64,000 nt of DNA from an uncultured Acidobacteriota bacterium (GTDB taxonomy: Bacteria; Acidobacteriota; Vicinamibacteria; Vicinamibacterales; Fen-181). The notes under the pieces are model-generated. The model saw only the letters and a program-made list of their open reading frames with translations. It was not told where the DNA came from and did no database searches. How positions within the stretch are numbered: the first letter of the stretch is position 1; the number at the start of each line of letters is the position of its first letter. A program made the position numbers and the translations under genes. The DNA lies in the NCBI GenBank assembly GCA_963717945.1, contig CAVQXT010000007.1, forward strand, positions 1,174,270-1,238,269, written 5' to 3'. Of this stretch, positions 8,837 through 16,416 are shown piece after piece.

Positions 8837-10366
8837 TCACCGGAAATCCCCCTCCTTGAACACGTCTCCCTGGAAGGTGGACAGCTTCGCGCCCTGGCGC
8901 CAGCAGCCGGCGTCCAACCCGCCCTTCACGCACAGGTTGTCGAGCATCTCGTCCCGCGTCCAGCGCTCCTCGACCGCCACCTGCGGGAGGAACACCGCCG
9001 AGCGGCCGCCCTTCTGCAGCAGCACGCCGTCGCGGCCGACCACGATCGCGGCGGGCCCGGCGACTTCCTTGAACGGGGTGAGGACGGAGATCTCGAGGTC
9101 GAGGTCCTTCAATTCGGCGGCCCGCACCTTCTCGAACCGGGGATCGTCGAACGCCGCGGCCAGCGCCATGCGGCCGACCAGCACGCGGAGGGGCCTGTCC
9201 GGCGTCATCTGGCCGATGCATCCCCGGAGGTCGCCCTTCTTGCGCAGCGTGACGAACACGCCCTGCGGCCGCTCCATCGCCGGCGAGAATCCTCGCGCGA
9301 GCGGAATCGAGCCCGTGTCGAGGTAGCGCCGGATGGTCTCGCGCGCCAGGGCGAGCATCTGCTTCTTGTCGGCGGCCGTCGGCGGCAGCGCCTGCGCGGC
9401 CGCGGTCGGAAACGTCAGGACGCGCGTATCCGCGCCGGGATCCCCCGCCGAAAAGACTACAGCGCCGTAGCCCACGACGCGATCGGGCTCGGCAACGGGC
9501 AGGTCGCCGGAATTGGCGTAGCTGACCGCGCGGCCGCGCGTGGCGCCCAGCGCCCTGGCCGCCACCATCGCCGCGCGGATCGGCCCGTCACCGCAGGCGC
9601 ACGTGTCGAGGTTGGGCGCGCCGCGCACGCCATTTTCGGCCGCCGCGCGGAACCGGTCGGGATCGAGGCTCGCGATCGCTTCGATCGTGCGGCGGTCGAC
9701 CACGTTCGCGTCGCGCCACGACGGGTAGTGCGACAGGTCCGAGCTCGCCACGATGAGCGCCCGCCGCCCCTGCAGCAGGCGGGCCAGCGTCCTGCCGAAC
9801 CGCGTCAGCACGGCGGCGTCCTCGCTGCCGACGACAACGGCGACGAGCTGCGCGTCCGGGAACAGCCGCTGCGCGAACGGCACGTGCACCTCGATCGAGT
9901 GCTCCTTCGCGTGCGCCGACGGATCGGGCGAGCAGTCGCTGTCTTCCTTGACGAGCGCGGCCGCGAGCGCCGTGTCCACGCGCGCGACGCCGAGCGGGGT
10001 CCGGAACCCGCTGCCCGGGTAGACGGCGATCCGCCCGTAACCAACCCCGGTGTGATTGGTGCCGAGGATGACGATCGTGTCGTACTGCCGGCCGGCCGTC
10101 TGGCGCCACGCGTCGGCCGCGATCTGCCCGGAGAACACCCAGCCCGCGTGCGGCGCCACAATCGCGATTGGCGCCTCGGGGCCCGGCGCCGTCGCGTCTT
10201 TCAGGACGGCGTCGAGCGTCGCGTTCAGCGATCGCGCGTCGGACGGATAGAACTGGCCGGCCACCGCCGGCTCGCGGACGCCCTGGCCGGGCTGGTCCGC
10301 GGCGCCGAGCCCGCCCCGGCAGGCGAGGGCCAGCAGGATGGACGCCACGCCGAGAAGCTTCTTCAT
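8837..10366 (-). CDS. AmmeMemoRadiSam system protein B (Memo-like) fused to protein A (AMMECR1 domain), with N-terminal signal peptide
   Basis: MKKLLGVASILLALACRGG... followed by the Memo part (AGQFYP...IVAPHAGW...HSIEVHVPF...SSDLSHY) and the AMMECR1 part (GVFVTLRKKGDLRGCIGQ...LEISVLTP...GRSAVFLPQVA). Its ATG overlaps the upstream stop (AAATGAAG). Confidence 0.85.
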   Translation of the reverse strand: MKKLLGVASILLALACRGGLGAADQPGQGVREPAVAGQFYPSDARSLNATLDAVLKDATAPGPEAPIAIVAPHAGWVFSGQIAADAWRQTAGRQYDTIVILGTNHTGVGYGRIAVYPGSGFRTPLGVARVDTALAAALVKEDSDCSPDPSAHAKEHSIEVHVPFAQRLFPDAQLVAVVVGSEDAAVLTRFGRTLARLLQGRRALIVASSDLSHYPSWRDANVVDRRTIEAIASLDPDRFRAAAENGVRGAPNLDTCACGDGPIRAAMVAARALGATRGRAVSYANSGDLPVAEPDRVVGYGAVVFSAGDPGADTRVLTFPTAAAQALPPTAADKKQMLALARETIRRYLDTGSIPLARGFSPAMERPQGVFVTLRKKGDLRGCIGQMTPDRPLRVLVGRMALAAAFDDPRFEKVRAAELKDLDLEISVLTPFKEVAGPAAIVVGRDGVLLQKGGRSAVFLPQVAVEERWTRDEMLDNLCVKGGLDAGCWRQGAKLSTFQGDVFKEGDFR

Positions 10367-11604
10367 TTCCAGACTCCCGCGATCGGCTGCCTGCAGAAGG
10401 CGCACGCGCCGCTCTTCAGGTGCATCTCGGTGACGAAGAAGTTGTCGCGCTTGATGACGATCTTCCGGCAGGCGGGGCAATAGGTGTGATTGCCCGCGTG
10501 CCCGGGGACGTTGCCGACATATGCGTAGCGGACCCCTCGGGCCATGGCGATGTCGCGGGCCCGCTCGAGCGTGGACACCGGCGTCGGGGGCAGGTTCATC
10601 AACTGATAGTCGGGATGGAACCGCGTGAAGTGCAGCGGGACGTCCGGCCCGAGCTCGCCCGCCACCCACGCCGCCAGGTCCTGCAGCGACTTCTCCGAAT
10701 CGTTCAGCGTCGGGACGACGAGGTTGACCAGTTCGAGATGACGTCCGCTCCTGGCCACCTGCTTGATGCTGCGTAACACCGGCTGGAGTTCGGCGCCGCA
10801 GACGGTGCGGTAGAACGGCTCGCTGAAGCCCTTGAGGTCGATCTTCACCGCCGAAAGCGCGCGGCAGATGTCCGCGAGCGGCGCCTCGCTGGCGAACCCG
10901 CAGCTGACCATCACCGAGCGCACGCCGCGCGCCTGCGCCGCCTGGGCCACGTCGAGCAGGTACTCGGTGAAGACGGTCGGCTCGTTGTAGGTGAACGCGA
11001 TGACCGGCGCCTGGCGCGACACCGCCGCGCCCGCCATGTCGGCCGCGCTCGTGAACGGCGCCTCCAGGTCCCCGGGCGTGGACTGTGACAGCTCCCAGTT
11101 CTGGCAGAACTTGCAGTGGAGCGGGCAACCCGACGTGCCGAACGACAAGGCGCTTGCGCCCGGGAGGAAGTGGTAGAACGGCTTCTTCTCGATCGGATCG
11201 ATGTGCACCGCCGAGGGCCGGCCGTAGACCAGGCTGCGAAGCTCCCCCTTGACGTTCATCCGCGCCCGGCACCGGCCGCGCTGACCGGCCCGGATGTCGC
11301 ACCGCTGCGCGCAGAGCAGGCAGCGGATTGTCGCCGGGTCGTGCGTGTGGGCCGCCCCGGCGCCCGGCGGGGGCGTGTGACAGGCCAGGCAGTTGTTGCC
11401 CGAGAGCGTGGAGGTGGTCCAGTAGCGGGCCCTGGGCGCGAGACGCAGGAGGTCGTCCTGCGGGGAGGCCAGAAAGCCGGCCCATGCGGACGAGGGCACG
11501 AAGCCGAGGCCGGCTGTCGCGGTCGCCGACCAGGCGGTCAGCGAGAGGAAGTCGCGCCGTGAGATCATGGCGCCCATCCTACACCCGATGCGCGAATGGC
11601 TCAT
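10363..11604 (-). CDS. AmmeMemoRadiSam system radical SAM enzyme with Tat-type signal and a CXXCH motif in an N-terminal extension
   Basis: SRRDFLSLTAWSATATAGLGFVPSSAWA (twin-arginine motif), NNCLACH, CLLCAQRCDI, and the radical SAM cluster motif CPLHCKFC. The start could instead be the internal Met at 11577. Confidence 0.85.
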   Translation of the reverse strand: MSHSRIGCRMGAMISRRDFLSLTAWSATATAGLGFVPSSAWAGFLASPQDDLLRLAPRARYWTTSTLSGNNCLACHTPPPGAGAAHTHDPATIRCLLCAQRCDIRAGQRGRCRARMNVKGELRSLVYGRPSAVHIDPIEKKPFYHFLPGASALSFGTSGCPLHCKFCQNWELSQSTPGDLEAPFTSAADMAGAAVSRQAPVIAFTYNEPTVFTEYLLDVAQAAQARGVRSVMVSCGFASEAPLADICRALSAVKIDLKGFSEPFYRTVCGAELQPVLRSIKQVARSGRHLELVNLVVPTLNDSEKSLQDLAAWVAGELGPDVPLHFTRFHPDYQLMNLPPTPVSTLERARDIAMARGVRYAYVGNVPGHAGNHTYCPACRKIVIKRDNFFVTEMHLKSGACAFCRQPIAGVWK

Positions 11605-11648
11605 GGTAGCATGAGGCCTTCGCGGGAACGCCCCGACCGGAGGCTCAG

Positions 11649-12071
11649 GTGGCAGTCACAATCGACATTTCTTACCTCGGCGATCTACATTGCGCGGCGA
11701 CGCACGGCCCGTCCGGCAAACGGCTGGTCACCGACGCGCCCGTCGACAACGGCGGGCGGGGCGAGGAGTTCTCTCCGACCGATCTCACGGCCACCGGGCT
11801 CGGCACCTGCCTGGCGACGATCATGGGCATCGTGGCCGGGCGCCACGGTTGGGATCTGACCGGCATGCGCGTCAGCGTGGTCAAGGAGATGACCGCCGTC
11901 CCGATCCGGCGGATCGGCGCCCTGACGGCGACGATCACCGTCCCGGCGGGGCGGATCACGTCGGCGGCGGATCGCCTGCTGCTCGAGCGGGCTGCCGACA
12001 CCTGCCCGGTGAGGCAGAGCCTTCACCCGGACGTGCAGGTGACCATGAAGTTCGAGTGGGGCGGTGAATGA
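11649..12071 (+). CDS. OsmC family protein
   Basis: 140 aa with a GTG start; ...GEEFSPTDLTATGLGTCLATIM...ADTCPVRQSL fits the OsmC/Ohr fold with two conserved Cys. Confidence 0.8.
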   Translation: MAVTIDISYLGDLHCAATHGPSGKRLVTDAPVDNGGRGEEFSPTDLTATGLGTCLATIMGIVAGRHGWDLTGMRVSVVKEMTAVPIRRIGALTATITVPAGRITSAADRLLLERAADTCPVRQSLHPDVQVTMKFEWGGE

Positions 12072-12093
12072 CCGGCAGCCAGGAGCGCTTGGG

Positions 12094-12552
12094 ATGACAC
12101 GGGCGAGTCGTGATTCGATCGAACGGTTCGTGTCGGGGCGGACGCTGGCGCTGGTCGGCGCGTCGGCGGCGGGCCGCGGGTTCGGCAGCGCGGCCTACAA
12201 GGAACTGAAGGCGCGCGGGTACCGCGTGCTCCCGGTCCATCAGGCGGCGGCCGCCATCCAGGGCGACCCGTGCTGGCCGAGCCTGGCGGATCTTCCCGAG
12301 CGGGTCGAGCGGCTGCTGGTGTGCGTCAAGCCGGGCCTGGCCGATGCCGTCGCCCGCGACGCCGCGGCGGCGGGCGTGCGGCAGATCTGGTTCCAGCAGG
12401 GGGCGGAATCCCCGGCAGCGCTCGAAACGTGCCGGCAACTCGGGCTGGAAGCCGTGCACGGCCAGTGCATCCTGATGTTCGCCGAGCCGGTGGCCTCCAT
12501 CCACAAGTTCCACCGCTGGGTGCTCACGGTTGTCGGCCGGCTGCCCGGGTAG
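12094..12552 (+). CDS. CoA-binding domain protein (YccU/YneT-like)
   Basis: LALVGASAAGRGFGSAAYKELKARGYRVLPVH... and ...IWFQQGAES. AGGAG Shine-Dalgarno before ATG 12094. Confidence 0.8.
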   Translation: MTRASRDSIERFVSGRTLALVGASAAGRGFGSAAYKELKARGYRVLPVHQAAAAIQGDPCWPSLADLPERVERLLVCVKPGLADAVARDAAAAGVRQIWFQQGAESPAALETCRQLGLEAVHGQCILMFAEPVASIHKFHRWVLTVVGRLPG

Positions 12553-12630
12553 GCGGGCCTCGCCATTGCGCTCCGCGCGCGGGCGGGCTGTGCTATCGTA
12601 CACACACGCCCGGCAACTGGAGAGTGCGTT

Positions 12631-12813
12631 ATGAGAATCGGTGTTCCCGAACTGATCCTGATCCTGGCCATCATCATCCTGCTGTTCGGCACCAGCCGGC
12701 TGTCCGGGCTGGGGAAGGGGCTGGGCCAGGCCATCCGTGGATTCAAGGACGAAGTCGAGTCGAAGAACGGGTCGAAGGACGAGCCGAAAGACGACTCGAA
12801 GACCCGGCACTAG
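12631..12813 (+). CDS. tatA: twin-arginine translocase subunit TatA/E
   Basis: MRIGVPELILILAIIILLFGTSRLSGLGKGLGQAIRGFK... is the canonical TatA N-terminus. Confidence 0.9.
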   Translation: MRIGVPELILILAIIILLFGTSRLSGLGKGLGQAIRGFKDEVESKNGSKDEPKDDSKTRH

Positions 12814-12846
12814 AGCCCGCGCGACTGACTGCCCGGAACCTCCCGC

Positions 12847-13764
12847 ATGTTCCGCATCGGCGTCGACCTCGGCGGCACCAAGATCGAAGCCATCGCGCTC
12901 TCTGACGACGGGAGCATTCCGGTCCGTCTGCGCATCCCGACGCCGCGCCACGATTATGACGGCACGCTGACGGCCATCGCCACACTGATCACCGAGATCG
13001 AGCGGGCCATCGGGGAGCGCGCCACCGTGGGCGTCGGCATGCCGGGCGCGCTGTCGCCCGCCACCGGCCTGGTCAAGAACGCCAACTCCGTCTGGCTGAA
13101 CGGCCGTCCGCTCGCCGATGATCTGTCGGCGCGCCTCGGCCGACCGCTGCGCTTCGCCAACGACGCCAACTGTTTCGCGCTGTCGGAGGCGAGCGACGGC
13201 GCGGCGGCGGGGGCCTCGTGCGTGTTTGGCGTCATCATCGGCACCGGCACGGGCGGCGGTCTCGTCGTTCACGGACAGGTGCTGACCGGCCTGAATGCGA
13301 TCGGCGGCGAGTGGGGTCACAACCCGCTGCCGGGGCCGCTGCCGGAGGAACGGCCCGGCCCGGCGTGTTACTGCGGCCGTCGCGGGTGCATCGAGACGTT
13401 TCTCTCGGGCCCCGGGCTCTCGCGCGACCACGAGCTGGCGAGCGGGAAGGTGCTCGACCCCGCCGAGATCGCCCGGCTGGCCGACGGCGGAGAGCCCGCC
13501 GCGTCGGCCACCCTCGACCGGTACGAGGACCGGATGGCGCGCGCGCTGGCCAGCGTCATCAACGTTGTCGATCCCGACGTCATCGTGCTGGGCGGCGGCG
13601 TGTCGAATATCGCGCGCCTCTACCGGAACGTGCCGGGACGATGGGCGCGCTATATCTTCTCGGATCGCGTGGACACGCGGCTCGTCCCGCCGAAACACGG
13701 CGACGCGAGCGGCGCGCGCGGGGCGGCGTGGCTTTGGGCTCAGGGCTCCGGGCTCAAGGCTTAA
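12847..13764 (+). CDS. ROK family sugar kinase (fructokinase/N-acetylglucosamine kinase-like)
   Basis: MFRIGVDLGGTKIE..., ANDANCFALSE, IIGTGTGGG, Zn motif GEWGHNPL...CYCGRRGCIETFLSG. The last ~8 codons and the stop lie inside a heptamer array. Confidence 0.85.
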   Translation: MFRIGVDLGGTKIEAIALSDDGSIPVRLRIPTPRHDYDGTLTAIATLITEIERAIGERATVGVGMPGALSPATGLVKNANSVWLNGRPLADDLSARLGRPLRFANDANCFALSEASDGAAAGASCVFGVIIGTGTGGGLVVHGQVLTGLNAIGGEWGHNPLPGPLPEERPGPACYCGRRGCIETFLSGPGLSRDHELASGKVLDPAEIARLADGGEPAASATLDRYEDRMARALASVINVVDPDVIVLGGGVSNIARLYRNVPGRWARYIFSDRVDTRLVPPKHGDASGARGAAWLWAQGSGLKA

Positions 13765-13835
13765 GCCAAGAGGCTCAAGGCTCAGGCTTGCCCGCCATAG
13801 CCCGTAGGGCGAAGGCGGGGCTCAAGGCTCAGGGG
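13735..13835. repeat. heptanucleotide tandem array (GGCTCAR-type units)
   Basis: gggctca|gggctcc|gggctca|aggctta|agccaag|aggctca|aggctca|ggcttgc..., period 7, read directly. Confidence 0.75.
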
Positions 13836-13856
13836 CGTCGCTGCCCATGCTCATCA

Positions 13857-13883
13857 GATAGCGCAGGCCTTCAGGCCTGCGCC
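13857..13883. repeat. REP-like palindrome GATA-GCGCAGGCC-TTCA-GGCCTGCGC
   Basis: 9-bp perfect stem with a 4-nt loop. The loop (13870-13873) contains the stop codon (13871-13873, minus strand) of the 4Fe-4S protein gene. Confidence 0.75.
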
Positions 13884-15155
13884 TTCTCGATCAGCTTCTC
13901 CACGTATCTCGAACCGAGCTGCCGGCTCGCCATCGCGCGTTTGATCGGCGGCAGCCTCAGGATGACGCCGAGGATCGCGGCCATCGCCCGATGGCTCGCC
14001 AGGGCGTGATGGTCGAAGATCAGGTTCTGGAGCATGCCTCGCTCGATCGCCTGCAGCACGAAGCGGTGAGTCGAGTCGATCGGCGTGATCACCCGCTCGG
14101 CGCGGGGGACCAGGCGCAGCCCCTGCTCCGGGCAGGTGGCCACGCACACGCCGCAGCCGAGGCAGGCCTGCTCGTCGAGCCGCGCCACCTTCCGTTTGGG
14201 CTTCTCCGGGTCGTTGGCCGATACGGCGCCCAGCGCCTCGACAGGGCACGCGTCCACGCACTTCAGGCAGCCGCTGCACTTCGAGCGATCGACGTCGAGG
14301 ATGAAGTTGGTCGTATGGAGCGGGTGCAGGAAGCCGACCCGGCGCGCCGCGACCAGCGCCTCGCAGCAACAGCCGCAGCAGTTGCAGATGAACGACACGC
14401 GACGGCGCGCGTTTTCGCCGAACTGCACCAGCCCGCGGTCCCGCGCCTGCTGGAGCAGGTCCAGGCACTCGGCCGCGTCCACCAGGCGGGCCACGCCATG
14501 CCTGGTGAGCGACGCGGCCGCCGTGTTGAACATCATGCAGTTGTCGAGCGGCGCGTCGCACGCCTGGCCCAGGTGCTGCTTCATGTGCCGGCAGTAGCAG
14601 AGCCCGACACCGATGGCGCTGGCGGTCTTGACCACCTCGCTGGCGCGCTCGTAGTCCAGCACGTGGAGCGACAGCTCGGGCGGGACGGCCGACTCGTTGA
14701 CGAAGACGCGCCCGAGCTTCGTCTCGACGGTGTCGAAGAGGTCGCGGACGAAATCCTCCTCGACGTTCAGGTACTGGTGGAACAGCTCGGCCAGCAGTTT
14801 CTGGTCGACGTCCTCGCGAATCCTCATCATCGAGAACTCGAAGAAGCCGGCCATCGGCGGCGGCAGGACGTAGGTGGTGACGGCGTCGGGGGACTCGACG
14901 TCGAGGAGAATCGCGCGGCCGGCCAGTTCGTCGAGGACGCGCCGGGCGTCGGCCTCGGGCACCTTCCAGCGGCGCGCGGCGTCGGCCGCCGTGAACGGCC
15001 GGATGGGAAGGCTGCGCCACCAGCCCCGCCTCCCGCTCGCTGAAGAGCAGGGCCAGGATGTCGAACAGGCGGTCGGTTGGCGGTGCCCCTTGCGGGAAGC
15101 GGTTCAATCGGTCGGCCAGATCGCGGTAGGCGGAGCGCACGGTCAGGTGTGACAT
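13871..15155 (-). pseudogene. 4Fe-4S dicluster domain protein, frame broken by one extra nucleotide at about 15010-15011
   Basis: The N-terminus MSHLTVRSAYRDLADRLNRFPQGAPPTDRLFDILALLFSEREAGLVAQ is in the frame of ORF 13854..15170. After a +1 shift it continues LPIRPFTAADAARRWKVPEADARRVLDEL..., i.e. ORF 13871..14962, which carries CYCRH, CNCCGCCCE, CSGCLKCVDACP and CLGCGVCVATCP clusters. Confidence 0.8.
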
Positions 15156-15170
15156 GATCGCTCCTTCCAA

Positions 15171-15262
15171 GCCTTACGGCTTACGCCTTCCGCCGTAAGC
15201 CCTGAGCCCTGAGCCTTGAGCCGTCGTTCCCTGAGCCTTGAGCCCTGAGCCTTGAGCCTTAC
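15171..15262. repeat. heptanucleotide tandem array (about 13 units, GCCTTAC/GCCCTGA/GCCTTGA)
   Basis: gccttac|ggcttac|gccttcc|gccgtaa|gccctga|gccctga|gccttga|gccgtcg|ttccctga|gccttga|gccctga|gccttga|gccttac. The last unit contains the TAA stop of the upstream FAD oxidoreductase. A closely similar ~45-nt stretch occurs at 23454-23504. Confidence 0.8.
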
Positions 15263-16416
15263 TTGAGCGCTTCCTCCCCCCCGAACTCCCTCGTCGGTTT
15301 CAGTTCCTCGAGGATCGCCTTGTCGGCGGCCGTGTCGGCACCGCGGATCATACGGCCAAGCACCGCGCCGACGCCAGGGCCGAGCATGAAGCCCTGGCCG
15401 CACATCCCTTCCGCGTGCACGTAGCCTTCGACCGACTTCGACCAGCCGAGGACCGGCGCGCCGTCGGGCGTCATCGGGTAGAGGCCGCGCCACGTGCGGC
15501 GCACCTTGATGTTCGCCAGCTTCGGCACCAGGCCGACCATCCGCCCGGCGATCATCGGCAGGTAGGCCGACGTCTCGCGCCGGTCGGTGCCGACAATCGG
15601 CGGGTCGGGCGTGATGCAGAAGACGAGGCCGCCCGGCTTGTGCTGGTAGAAGTAGTAGTTGCGCGCCCCCTCGGTCGGGCGGATGTCGACCAGCATCGGG
15701 TGCAGGAACCGCGCCACCGGCTCGGTGATCCCCGCCTCGTGGCTGTCGGGGACGACCGGCGTGTCGAGGCCGATCGACTGGGCGAGCGGCCTCGCCCACG
15801 CCCCGGCCGCGTTCACGACCGTCTCGGTGGCGTAGCCGCCCTTGTCGGTGCGGACGCCGACGACGCCCCGCTTCCGCTGGATGAGGCCGGTGACGCGCTC
15901 GCCGAACCGGAATTGGACGCCGAGCTCGACCGCCCTGCGGTAGAACGCCGCCGACGACATCATCGGCGACGCCGATCCGTCCTCGGGCGAGTAGGTGCCG
16001 CCGCGCAGCCCCTCGCGGTTGATGTCCGGCACGAGCGCGATCATCTCGTCGCGGTCGAGCCAGCGGATGTTCAGGCCGTAGCTCTGCTGGATCTTCAGCA
16101 GATCCTTCAGCGAGCGCTCGTCCTGCTCGCGATAGGCGACAAACACGTAGCCGCCCTGGAACCACTCGATCTCGTCGCCGTGGGACGCGGTCCAGGTCGA
16201 GAAGATGCGCAGCGACTCGAGGCAGAGCCTGATCTTCGCCGGCGACGAGTGCGTCGCGCGGATCCCGCCGATGGCCGCCTTGTTGCTGCCCTGGCCGGGC
16301 CCCGCGAACTGATCGACCACCAGCGGCTTGAGCCCCGCCTCGGCCAGGAACATCGCCGTCGGCAGCCCCACGCTGCCGGCGCCGACGACGATGGCGTCGT
16401 AGACCTGCAGGCTCAT
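15259..16416 (-). CDS. FAD-dependent oxidoreductase (sarcosine oxidase beta / D-amino-acid dehydrogenase-like)
   Basis: MSLQVYDAIVVGAGSVGLPTAMFLAEAG (GxGxxG) ...; this is the C-terminal third of the chimeric 1097-aa ORF. Its ATG overlaps the upstream stop (TGATG). Confidence 0.85.
   Translation of the reverse strand: MSLQVYDAIVVGAGSVGLPTAMFLAEAGLKPLVVDQFAGPGQGSNKAAIGGIRATHSSPAKIRLCLESLRIFSTWTASHGDEIEWFQGGYVFVAYREQDERSLKDLLKIQQSYGLNIRWLDRDEMIALVPDINREGLRGGTYSPEDGSASPMMSSAAFYRRAVELGVQFRFGERVTGLIQRKRGVVGVRTDKGGYATETVVNAAGAWARPLAQSIGLDTPVVPDSHEAGITEPVARFLHPMLVDIRPTEGARNYYFYQHKPGGLVFCITPDPPIVGTDRRETSAYLPMIAGRMVGLVPKLANIKVRRTWRGLYPMTPDGAPVLGWSKSVEGYVHAEGMCGQGFMLGPGVGAVLGRMIRGADTAADKAILEELKPTREFGGEEALK

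Noticed and set aside
8837-11485. 882-aa ORF
   Set aside because: Its N-terminal 370 residues are out-of-frame overlap with the radical SAM gene (10363..11604). The real protein starts at MKKLLG (10366).
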